Assembly (NCBI GenBank): GCA_035570015.1
Contig: DATMLR010000332.1
Span: 1-42,201, forward strand
Direction of reading: 5' to 3'
DNA length: 42,201 nucleotides
From: Puia sp.
GTDB taxonomy: Bacteria; Bacteroidota; Bacteroidia; Chitinophagales; Chitinophagaceae
Shown: in pieces, positions 34,368-42,201 of the stretch
Position numbering within the stretch: the first letter of the stretch is position 1
How the letters are laid out: every line of letters begins with the position of its first letter
Translations under genes and position numbers: made by a program
Notes under the pieces: model-generated
Databases searched by the model: none
What the model saw: the letters and a program-made list of their open reading frames with translations, nothing else
Told to the model about the DNA's origin: nothing

Positions 34368-34820
34368 ATGAAACTCAACACCATTTTCGCTTTTGTCCTT
34401 CTCGCTTCCTGCCTTTCCATTTACGCCTGCATCCATTCCGACGCTGCCGGAATCCGGCTGAACGGCACCTGGCAACTCGTATCCGGAATGACGATCACCG
34501 GAAAGGACACCGTCCCTTATGCCAGCGATTTCCGGATGATCAAGATCATCAACGACACACATTTTACTTTTTTGCGTCACGACAAAAACCCGCCAAAGGA
34601 CTCATCCAATCATTTCGACGGCGGCGGGGGCAATTATACGCTGTCGGGTAACCAGTATACGGAACATCTCGACTATTACGCGGACCGCAACTGGGAAGGC
34701 AAACTCTTTACATTTACCGTCGAGATGCACAACGACACCCTGATCCAGACGGGCATCGAAAAAGTCGATGCCGCACACATCGACCACATCATCATCGAAA
34801 AATATGTAAGGGTCCGTTAA
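34368..34820 (+). CDS. Exported lipocalin-like hypothetical protein (possible lipoprotein)
   Basis: Signal peptide; 'LNGTWQLVS' lipocalin-like GxW motif; 'MIKIINDTHF', 'GGGNYTL.GNQYTEHLDY'. Confidence 0.75.
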   Translation: MKLNTIFAFVLLASCLSIYACIHSDAAGIRLNGTWQLVSGMTITGKDTVPYASDFRMIKIINDTHFTFLRHDKNPPKDSSNHFDGGGGNYTLSGNQYTEHLDYYADRNWEGKLFTFTVEMHNDTLIQTGIEKVDAAHIDHIIIEKYVRVR

Positions 34821-34898
34821 AAGTCGGGCGTCTGCAACTAATTGGCGATTCCGTTGTCTTATTTCCTTATTTTTAGGGAACACGTTAAACCTTTGCTC

Positions 34899-36398
34899 AT
34901 GCTGCGTTTCTTCAGTATTCTTACAGTTTTTTTGGTTAGTATTTCTAATGGGAAAGCCTTCCCGCCCGGCTCAGCCAAACCCTACCGGCTGTTCGTCTCC
35001 CACTACGAGAATATTCTCGGCACCTCTTTGGAGCTGAAGGTTTCAGCCGGTTCCGCCGTTGCCTCAGAAAAAGCGGAAGCTGCCGTCCTCAAAGAGATCA
35101 GCCGCCTGTCGGATATCCTGAGCGGGTACGACCCTCACAGCGAATTCAGCCAGTGGATGAAAACGGTACAAACCCCGGTACGGGTCTCACCGGAGCTGTT
35201 TGAAGTACTTGGCCTTTTTGACCAGTGGCGGGTCCGGACCGACGGCGCACTGGACGCCTCCGCTGAAGTCATTACCAAACTTTGGAAACAGGCGGCGGCA
35301 AACGGTCGGCTGCCTTCCGATGCCGACCTGGCGCAGGCCGTCAACCAGGTAAAACAGCCCCATTGGAGACTGGACAATATCGGCCGGACGGCGACCCATC
35401 TGAGCAACGCCCCGCTGATACTGAACTCTTTTGCGAAAAGCTATATTATCCGGCATGCCGCCGACGCCGGCCGCGCCATCGACGGGGTTGATGCCATCAT
35501 CGTCAATATCGGCGGCGACCTGGTGATCTCCGGCCACGTCAACGAAACGGTGCTGATCAGCGACCCCAAGGACGACGCCGAGAACGCCGATCCCATCGAT
35601 CAGGTGCAGGTCAGCAATCAGGCCGTTGCGACGAGCGGCAATTACCGCCGCGGCGAGCTCATCGCCGGACATTGGTATTCGCATATCGTCGACCCGCGCA
35701 CGGGGCAGCCTGCAGGCCAGATCCTGAGCGCAACCGTCGTCGCGCCCAATGCCACGGATGCCGGGGCGCTTGCTACCGCCTTTAACGTTTTAAGTCCGGA
35801 GGAAAGCGTCCGGCTCGCCGCAACCATCCCGGGCGCCCAATACCTGATCATCACGGCGGCGGGCAACCGAATAGCTAGCCCCGGGTGGAAAGACCTGGAA
35901 ACAAAGGCGCCGCCGCAACCCGCACATGTCCCCGGGAACTTTGAGCTGCTGGTCAACCTCGAGGTTAACATGCAGGTCGGTGCCAACAACTACAAAAGAC
36001 CTTATGTAGCGGTTTGGGTAGAGGATGAGGATCATTCTTCCGTCCGGGCCATCTCGGTCTGGCGCGGCGAAACACGCTATTTGCGGGAACTCAAATCGTG
36101 GTATCTGCGCTATGGCGACACGTATCGATCCGACGCGAACTTCGGCAGCTCCATCACCAGTGCTACCCGCCCCGCCGGTAAATACACGCTAAAATGGGAT
36201 GGCAATGACGATCAGGGCAAACCGGTGAAGCCGGGTAAATACATCATCAAGATCGAAGTAGCTCGGGAACACGGCACTTACCAGATCATGCGGCAGGAGA
36301 TCGACTGCGACAACCAGCCAAAGTTCATCAACCTGACCGGCAATGTCGAGATATCTTCGGCTTCTTTGGACTATAGGAAATCGACGAATGGCCAATAA
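34899..36398 (+). CDS. apbE: FAD:protein FMN transferase (ApbE) fused to a C-terminal DUF2271 domain
   Basis: ApbE 'ILGT', 'TDGALD', 'LNSFAKSY', 'VNIGGD', 'VATSGNYRR', 'SHIVDPRTG', 'AGALATA'. DUF2271 'YKRPYVAVWVED', 'RELKSWY', 'SATRPAGKY.LKWDG.D', 'EVAREHG'. Start placed at ATG 34899. Confidence 0.9.
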   Translation: MLRFFSILTVFLVSISNGKAFPPGSAKPYRLFVSHYENILGTSLELKVSAGSAVASEKAEAAVLKEISRLSDILSGYDPHSEFSQWMKTVQTPVRVSPELFEVLGLFDQWRVRTDGALDASAEVITKLWKQAAANGRLPSDADLAQAVNQVKQPHWRLDNIGRTATHLSNAPLILNSFAKSYIIRHAADAGRAIDGVDAIIVNIGGDLVISGHVNETVLISDPKDDAENADPIDQVQVSNQAVATSGNYRRGELIAGHWYSHIVDPRTGQPAGQILSATVVAPNATDAGALATAFNVLSPEESVRLAATIPGAQYLIITAAGNRIASPGWKDLETKAPPQPAHVPGNFELLVNLEVNMQVGANNYKRPYVAVWVEDEDHSSVRAISVWRGETRYLRELKSWYLRYGDTYRSDANFGSSITSATRPAGKYTLKWDGNDDQGKPVKPGKYIIKIEVAREHGTYQIMRQEIDCDNQPKFINLTGNVEISSASLDYRKSTNGQ

Positions 36399-36999
36399 CC
36401 GCGACCTCGCCTGGAAAAGAAGGACGGCCAAGCTGGTGCGCTGGCTGCACATCTATCTGTCGATGCTCAGCTTTGCGATCGTTTTCTTTTTCGCGGCAAC
36501 CGGTCTGACCCTCAACCATGCCGACAAGTTCGGGGATCAATTGGCCACGACCCGCAAACAGGGACGGCTCGACAGCAGCTGGGTGAACGCGAAGGACACC
36601 GCGCAGATCGCAAAGCTCCGGATCGTCGAATATTTGCGCGAGACGCATCATATCCATGCTGCGCTAAGCGACTTTCGAATCGATGACGACCAGATCGGCG
36701 TCTCCTTCAAAGGACCGGGATTTGAAGCCGATGCCTTCATCAGCCGGCCGGGCGGAAAATACGAACTGTCGCAGACCAGCGCCGGTTTCGTGGGTCTGAT
36801 CAACGACCTGCATAAGGGTAGGGACACGGGACATGGCTGGTCGGTATTTATCGATGTCTGCGCGATCCTGCTGACCTTGGTCTCGCTGAGCGGGATGATC
36901 CTGATCCTGTTCCTGAAGAGACGCCGGACCGCTGGGTTGATCGTGGCAGCCTTCGGCTTGATCGTCGCCTGGCTGATCTATCGAATCTGGATAAAATAA
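36388..36999 (+). CDS. PepSY-associated TM helix domain membrane protein
   Basis: 'RWLHIYLSM...FFAATGLTLNH', 'FKGPG', 'INDLHKGRDTG..W..FID'. Overlaps the apbE fusion stop. Start placed at ATG 36388. Confidence 0.88.
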   Translation: MANNRDLAWKRRTAKLVRWLHIYLSMLSFAIVFFFAATGLTLNHADKFGDQLATTRKQGRLDSSWVNAKDTAQIAKLRIVEYLRETHHIHAALSDFRIDDDQIGVSFKGPGFEADAFISRPGGKYELSQTSAGFVGLINDLHKGRDTGHGWSVFIDVCAILLTLVSLSGMILILFLKRRRTAGLIVAAFGLIVAWLIYRIWIK

Positions 37000-37003
37000 G
37001 GGT

Positions 37004-37903
37004 ATGAAAAATAGTATTCTTTTCTTCGTTTTTTTCCTTCCGGCGCTCCATTCTATCGGCCAGGAAAAGAAATGGCATGAACTCGAAGGTTACTTCCAGT
37101 CCCAGTCCAATAAAGATCTGGTTGTCCAGTTCATTGCCCAGGACAGTATCGTCTTCGCCAAGCTCCTTTGGAATGGTGGATCCGCACATCTCCTGCCGGA
37201 TACCGGTCTTGCTTTTGTCAGTCGGGAACAAGGCGAAAATGGGCCGCTGCATCTCGTCTTTCACCGCGAACCTTCCGGAGCGGTCAACCAGGTGGATGTG
37301 AGTCCTGACAATGGGCTGTGGGTACGCGTACCGAATTACAAGCCGGCTGTTCTGCAGGAAATGGCGCACACCCCGGAGCAATTGCAAAAATTCGCCGGCC
37401 TTTATCAACTGAAGGAAGATAACGCCCAATATGTCCAGCTGACCGTGGACAACAATAGCCTGACGATCCATCAGCAATGGGACGGCGGGACACGGGAGAA
37501 CTTCGTGCCATCCGCCGAAGGGAAATTTTTCGAAAAAGATTTTCCACGGTTTACCCTCGACTTTTCGCAGGACCAGCAGGGGCGTTACAACCAATTCCTG
37601 GCGCTCGGCCGCGATCACTGGGTCCGGGTGGAGAAACCAACGCTTTCTGCAGCCCAATTGAAGACCTATGAAGGGAAGTTTCGTTCCCAGGAGGATCCTG
37701 ATAACATGGTCCAGTTGATTGCCGCCGACAAGAGTCTTATCGTAAAGGAGCTTTGGAACAAAAAAGAAATCACGCTGGAACCCGTTACGAATACCTATTT
37801 TAATAACGGCCAGCGATCATTCCCGCTTCAGATCATCCTGGAGAGCGGCAAGGTGAACCAGATCATTATACTCGGAAATCAGAGCTTCGTCCGCATCGAA
37901 TGA
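37004..37903 (+). CDS. Secreted hypothetical protein with three tandem ~95-aa beta-rich repeats (DUF3471-like)
   Basis: Signal peptide; repeats 'EGYFQ...VQF.....AKLLWN', 'AGLYQ...VQL.....HQQWD', 'EGKFR...VQL.....KELWN'. Confidence 0.72.
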   Translation: MKNSILFFVFFLPALHSIGQEKKWHELEGYFQSQSNKDLVVQFIAQDSIVFAKLLWNGGSAHLLPDTGLAFVSREQGENGPLHLVFHREPSGAVNQVDVSPDNGLWVRVPNYKPAVLQEMAHTPEQLQKFAGLYQLKEDNAQYVQLTVDNNSLTIHQQWDGGTRENFVPSAEGKFFEKDFPRFTLDFSQDQQGRYNQFLALGRDHWVRVEKPTLSAAQLKTYEGKFRSQEDPDNMVQLIAADKSLIVKELWNKKEITLEPVTNTYFNNGQRSFPLQIILESGKVNQIIILGNQSFVRIE

Positions 37904-38682
37904 TGCTTGCTGCCACCGAACCGCCGACCCAGAATAACCTTGAAGATGCTGCGATCGATCGCGGGTGTGAGCCCAAAAACATACCCCGCATTGAACTCCC
38001 AGCGCGGATCAAAGTCGGCGTCCACACAGATGGCCAACTGATGTTGCTGCTCCTTGATCGGGTCGAAATGCGTAATTGGTCCCCAGGAACCATAATATTC
38101 GATGCCATAAGCCCAGACCTTGCCGATCTGGTAGCTGAATTTGAAGTCCGGCGCCCAGATCGCACCCCTTCCGGCGTCAGCGCCTACGAAGGTCAGGTCC
38201 ACCACCGGGTTTAATGCCAGATAGACCGGCCCCAGCTGTTTATCAACGATCGGGCGGATCTCCAGCGTCCAGATATCGGGATCATAACCGTCCTTCACAA
38301 AACCGCCTTCGAACGAAATGCTGGCGCCTACAGGCCAGTTCCATTGCGCCGGCGCCATGACCCGCGGCCGGAGATGGCTTCCGACATAGTTGGTCCGCCC
38401 CATGTCGCCAAAGTCATTGAAGATGTAAAATCCCGTTTCGAACCAGGAATTCCATCCATGCGTGATCTCGATCGTCTCGCGGTCCATATGGTTGGTGGAG
38501 ACGACACCCTGGGAGGCGGTATTGCCGATAAAACTGTAATTGCTGTGCAATTCTACCATCGTCGTGTCTTTCCCCACCGTCGGGGAGGCATATACCTGGA
38601 TTTCGTAGTTGTCCTGGGCTCGAGACTGAAGAGCGATGAGCAAGGCTGCCAGCAGCAGAGAGCGGAATCGGAATGTGTACAT
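37879..38682 (-). CDS. Putative outer-membrane beta-barrel protein
   Basis: Signal peptide 'QSRA-Q'; 'YEIQVY...VELHSNY', 'LEIRPIVDK', 'GIEYYG', 'WEFNAGY.FGLT', amphipathic strands ending 'KVILGRRF'. Confidence 0.7.
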   Translation of the reverse strand: MYTFRFRSLLLAALLIALQSRAQDNYEIQVYASPTVGKDTTMVELHSNYSFIGNTASQGVVSTNHMDRETIEITHGWNSWFETGFYIFNDFGDMGRTNYVGSHLRPRVMAPAQWNWPVGASISFEGGFVKDGYDPDIWTLEIRPIVDKQLGPVYLALNPVVDLTFVGADAGRGAIWAPDFKFSYQIGKVWAYGIEYYGSWGPITHFDPIKEQQHQLAICVDADFDPRWEFNAGYVFGLTPAIDRSIFKVILGRRFGGSKHHSMRTKL

Positions 38683-38712
38683 AAGCAAAAGGTGCCCGAA
38701 GGTCTAAAGAGA

Positions 38713-38748
38713 TTTTGAAGTAATTCTGAAGTCGGTTTTTCTGAAGTC
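38713..38748 (+). promoter_or_regulatory. Direct repeats TT(T/C)TGAAGT x3 in the divergent promoter region
   Basis: TGAAGT at 38716, 38727 and 38742 between the divergent OM-barrel and TonB-dependent receptor genes. Confidence 0.45.
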
Positions 38749-38801
38749 AGTATTTCATCAGATTGTAGGGCCACCTTGCAGCTTTGTCAGCAATTGAAAT
38801 C

Positions 38802-41261
38802 ATGAGGAAATTAGCTTTACTGGGGTTACTATTGAGTTCACTGTACCCATCGAACGCGCAGATCACCGGGCGGATCGTCGATTCCAATTCCCGCCAGGCG
38901 ATCCAATACGCCACCATCTCCGTCTACGCGGCAAATGCCGCGAGGCCCGTCGGCGGGATGATGACCGGAAGCAAGGGAGAGTTCAGCGTGGCTGCGCCCC
39001 GCACCGGCGAGTTCTTCGTCACCGTAGAGTGCATCGGCTACGCCAAACGAAAGCTGGGACCCATCCCTGCCGATGGGAAACGCACTACCCTCGGTGATAT
39101 CCTCCTTTCCAAAGAGGCAGCGAACCTGCAATCCGTAACGGTCACCGCCACGAGAGGGCTGGTAGAGAACAAGCTCGACAAGATCGTCTACAACGCCGAA
39201 AAGGACGTGACCTCACTCGGCGGGGTCGCTACCGACCTCCTCAAAAAAGTCCCCATGGTCTCGGTCGATGTGGACGGGAATGTCGACATCATGGGCAACA
39301 CCAACATCCTTTTCCTGATCAACGGCCGACCTTCCAGCATTTTCGGCAATAGCCTCGCCGATGCCCTGCAATCGATTCCCGCCAGCCAGATCAAAAGCAT
39401 CGAAGTTATCACCAGTCCAGGCGCCAAATACGACGCGGAAGGAACGGGCGGGATCATCAACATCATCCTGAAAGATAACCGGATAAACGGGATCAACGGG
39501 AATCTCAGCCTAACCGCCGGCTCACGTCTCGAGAACGGCTCTTTCAACTTCAACGTCCGTCACGGAAAGTTCGGGCTTAACAGCTTCTTTAGCGGCAACG
39601 CCCAGCTAACCTCTACTACGCTGAACTCTTCCAATCGTAATTCCTTTGACTCGACAGGCAGCCTGTCCAGCAACCTGCTTCAGGACGGCAGCAGCCGCTT
39701 TTATCGCAACGGCTATGAGACCGGGCTGAACCTCGAATGGGATGCGAATAAATATAACGTCTTCTCAGGCGGACTGCAATACGCCAGTTTCGGCAACAAT
39801 AACCGGGGCTCCTACCAGCAGGTGGAAACGGATTATGCGCCCCCGGCAACCGCGCCGGCCGATGTAATCAACAGCCTCGTGGGCAACAACAGCCAGTTCC
39901 GCGCCCGCTCCCTCGATTGGAACCTGCGTTACAAACGGACTTTTTCCGTAGAGGATCGGGAGCTCGATGTCTCCGTCGACGGTACCTATGGTCGGAACAC
40001 GGCCTCCTATGGTCAACTGCAAAGCCTTCCTGACGGTGATTCAGCGTATGCCGGGTCCATTGGGAACAGTTCCGGCTATGACCATGAAACCAATATCCGG
40101 GTTGACTATACGGAACCATTCGGCGAGAAGGTCCGGCTGGAGACCGGCGGCCGTGTCCAGCTCCGGCGGATCACCAGCAATTCACCCGTCTATTCTTTTG
40201 ACGATTCGACGGGTCTCTATCCGTACAATCCTTCACAGTCGGATTCTCTGGTTTACGATCGTCATGTCTATGCGGGATATGTATCGCTGACCTTTCCCGC
40301 ATTTCATTTCCTGGATGTCAAGGCCGGCCTTCGATTTGAACGGACGACGACCGACGCTTCATTTTCTGAGGTCGCCGATACGTATATCCCTGGCTATAAC
40401 AGCTGGGTGCCTTCTGTAATTCTGTCCCATAGCTTCCCGCACGATCAAACTCTCAAGCTGAGTTTCGCCCGGAGGCTCGAGCGCCCCGACTACCGGGATC
40501 TGAACCCGTACACCAACGCCAGCGACCCCAAAAACCTTACCCGCGGCAACCCCCTGCTCCAGCCGGAGGACGCCTACAATTTCGAGCTTGGCTACAGCAA
40601 ATCCTTCGAAGAAGGCAGCGCCCTGAACATCGTGGCCTTTTACCATCGCTCCGATCATGATATCCAACCCTTCATTCAATATTACAGCAGCTTCACCCTC
40701 GGAGATTCGGTTTATACCGATGTATCGGTGAACACGCAAATGAATATCGGGTCGGAGAACAACTACGGGTTCAATATCTATGGATCGGTGCCGCTGGGGA
40801 AAAAGCTAAACCTTCGATCGAATATTACGGTATTTGACCGCTATATCGTGACCGGGTCTCTTGGCGGACCGCCGATAAACAGCTTCAACTATCGCATCAA
40901 CCTCAATGCCGCCTACCAGCTCAGTCCGACATTTATCGCGGAGTTTTTTGGTAATTTCCGTTCCGCCCGCAATGAGATCCAGGGCCGTTACCCCTCTTTC
41001 ACCACCTACAGCGTTGCCATGCGGAAACAGTTCTGGAACAAGAAGGGCAGCATCGCCTTTACCGTTACCAATCCGATCGGCCAATACGTCAACCAGGAAA
41101 CCGCGGTAGCCGGCAGCAATTTTACACTGAACAGTCTTCGGCAGATCCCCTACCGGTCCTTCGGGATCAACTTCACCTGGAAGTTCGGGAAACTGGAATT
41201 CAAAAAAGACAAGGAGGAGGAAAAGGAGATTCCCAACACGCCGGAGGCGGCCGGGAACTAA
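38802..41261 (+). CDS. TonB-dependent receptor / OMP beta-barrel family 3 with CarboxypepD_reg-like N-terminal domain
   Basis: 'QITGRIVD...YATISVY', 'LQSVTVTA', plug 'DLLKKVPMVSVD.DGNV', 'IKSIEVITSPGAKYDAEG.GGIINIILK', 'RGNPLLQPE', 'FGINFTWKFGK'. Start placed at ATG 38802. Confidence 0.92.
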   Translation: MRKLALLGLLLSSLYPSNAQITGRIVDSNSRQAIQYATISVYAANAARPVGGMMTGSKGEFSVAAPRTGEFFVTVECIGYAKRKLGPIPADGKRTTLGDILLSKEAANLQSVTVTATRGLVENKLDKIVYNAEKDVTSLGGVATDLLKKVPMVSVDVDGNVDIMGNTNILFLINGRPSSIFGNSLADALQSIPASQIKSIEVITSPGAKYDAEGTGGIINIILKDNRINGINGNLSLTAGSRLENGSFNFNVRHGKFGLNSFFSGNAQLTSTTLNSSNRNSFDSTGSLSSNLLQDGSSRFYRNGYETGLNLEWDANKYNVFSGGLQYASFGNNNRGSYQQVETDYAPPATAPADVINSLVGNNSQFRARSLDWNLRYKRTFSVEDRELDVSVDGTYGRNTASYGQLQSLPDGDSAYAGSIGNSSGYDHETNIRVDYTEPFGEKVRLETGGRVQLRRITSNSPVYSFDDSTGLYPYNPSQSDSLVYDRHVYAGYVSLTFPAFHFLDVKAGLRFERTTTDASFSEVADTYIPGYNSWVPSVILSHSFPHDQTLKLSFARRLERPDYRDLNPYTNASDPKNLTRGNPLLQPEDAYNFELGYSKSFEEGSALNIVAFYHRSDHDIQPFIQYYSSFTLGDSVYTDVSVNTQMNIGSENNYGFNIYGSVPLGKKLNLRSNITVFDRYIVTGSLGGPPINSFNYRINLNAAYQLSPTFIAEFFGNFRSARNEIQGRYPSFTTYSVAMRKQFWNKKGSIAFTVTNPIGQYVNQETAVAGSNFTLNSLRQIPYRSFGINFTWKFGKLEFKKDKEEEKEIPNTPEAAGN

Positions 41262-41301
41262 GGGCTAATTCCCGTAAATTTGGCGTGATCAACAACGCCC
41301 C

Positions 41302-41766
41302 ATGTTCCTGCGTTTCCTTGCCCGGTACAAACATATCTTTCTGTATGGCGCGGCGCTTGCTTTGCTGCTGCTCCTGCTCAATTGGCTGGAATGGAAGTTC
41401 ATTGTCATGGACCGGGCGATCGAACTGTATAGCGGGGCCCTGGCGATCGTCTTCACCGGACTGGGGGTCTGGCTGGCGATCAAACTGGCGCGCCCAAAAT
41501 GGAAGACCGTCATCGTGGAAAAGGAGGTCTATGTAAAAACCGGCACAATCAACGAAAAAGAGCTGGCCCGACTGGGTCTAAGCGCCCGCGAGCTCGAAGT
41601 ACTGCGACTGATGGCCGAAGGACTGAGCAACCAGGAGATCGCCAGCCGGCTCTTCGTTTCCCTTAATACGATCAAGACCCATTCTGCCAACATCTTCGAA
41701 AAGCTGGATGTCCGGCGCCGGACCCAGGCAGTTGACAAAGCCAAGAAGCTGAATATCATCCTATAG
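41302..41766 (+). CDS. Membrane-anchored LuxR-family HTH transcriptional regulator
   Basis: Two N-terminal TM helices; 'LSARELEVLRLMAEGLSNQEIASRLFVSLNTIKTHSANIFEKLDVRRRTQAV'. No receiver domain. Confidence 0.92.
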   Translation: MFLRFLARYKHIFLYGAALALLLLLLNWLEWKFIVMDRAIELYSGALAIVFTGLGVWLAIKLARPKWKTVIVEKEVYVKTGTINEKELARLGLSARELEVLRLMAEGLSNQEIASRLFVSLNTIKTHSANIFEKLDVRRRTQAVDKAKKLNIIL

Positions 41767-41824
41767 TAAAATCCTCCTAAAGTAGGATTTTAGCCTTCTG
41801 CCTCAAAATCACCCGAAAGGATGA
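41767..41824. promoter_or_regulatory. Two putative LuxR-type operator boxes upstream of the DUF4199 gene
   Basis: Perfect-arm palindrome TAAAATCCT-N8-AGGATTTTA (41767-41792) and a related copy AAAATCACCCGAAAGGATGA (41805-41824). Confidence 0.6.
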
Positions 41825-41873
41825 CCCGAATGAAAAAGCGATCCCCCATTTTTGACTCAACAAAACATTTTAT

Positions 41874-42201
41874 ATGAAAAGGAACATCCTCGTATTCGGT
41901 TCGATTTCCGGGATTATCGTTGGGACCCTGATGGCGCTCAGCTTGTTTTGGGCCAACCAGGGCCACGACATCAAGCAGGGAATGCTGCTGGGTTATGCAT
42001 CGATGGTCATCGCCCTTTCCCTGATCTATGTCGGGGTTCGGAATTTCAGGGACAAATACAACGACGGCGTGATCGGCTTTGCCAAGGCCCTGAAGCTGGC
42101 CCTGGGGATCACCCTTATTGCTTCAACGATCTACGTTGCGTTCTGGCTGGTTGAGTTCTATGTGTTCATCCCCGACTTCATGGATAAGTATACGGCTGCT
42201 C
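41874..42201 (+). CDS. DUF4199 family membrane protein, 3'-truncated by the window edge
   Basis: Hand translation: MKRNILVFGSISGIIVG...GMLLGYASMVIALSLIYVGVRNFRDKYNDGVIGFAKALKLALGITLIASTIYV...IPDFMDKY. No stop before the window end. Confidence 0.85.
   Translation, partial: MKRNILVFGSISGIIVGTLMALSLFWANQGHDIKQGMLLGYASMVIALSLIYVGVRNFRDKYNDGVIGFAKALKLALGITLIASTIYVAFWLVEFYVFIPDFMDKYTAA

Noticed and set aside
41852-42154. 100-aa ORF in the track at the window end
   Set aside because: Wrong frame. The real gene is the DUF4199 ORF from ATG 41874 that runs off the window.
1-42201. tRNA, rRNA, CRISPR arrays, transposases, integrases, prophage genes
   Set aside because: None recognised. Intergenic spaces are short and explained by promoters and operators. 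A covariance-model scan was not run, so small RNAs cannot be excluded.

Overview
Gene-dense chromosomal window that looks like Bacteroidota, probably Chitinophagaceae-like. This is inferred from TAnnTTTG-type promoters, A-rich ribosome-binding regions without Shine-Dalgarno sequences, and the gene families present. It holds about 43 CDS plus one probable pseudogene. I saw no rRNA, tRNA, CRISPR array or mobile element. The window is dominated by envelope-sensing modules: two ECF sigma/anti-sigma pairs, two BlaI/BlaR1(M56) pairs, a soluble PAS/GAF two-component cluster, LytS/LytTR, MarR and a membrane-anchored LuxR regulator, interleaved with secreted enzymes and lipoproteins. The best candidates for novelty are five. 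(1) A four-gene convergent module of ECF sigma + TPR anti-sigma + membrane-anchored extracytoplasmic TPR-CHAT (caspase-like) protease + unknown lipoprotein, whose two promoter regions share an identically spaced CCGGTTACAT-N16-TACTA motif. (2) An unannotated 37-aa micro-lipoprotein with its own terminator, whose 16-residue mature part carries a CxxCH heme-c-like motif. (3) An ORF that stays open only through two compensating lesions. (4) Two BlaI paralogues whose operators differ at one symmetric position. (5) An ApbE-DUF2271 fusion that may flavinylate itself. All family assignments come from motif recognition by eye; no searches were run.
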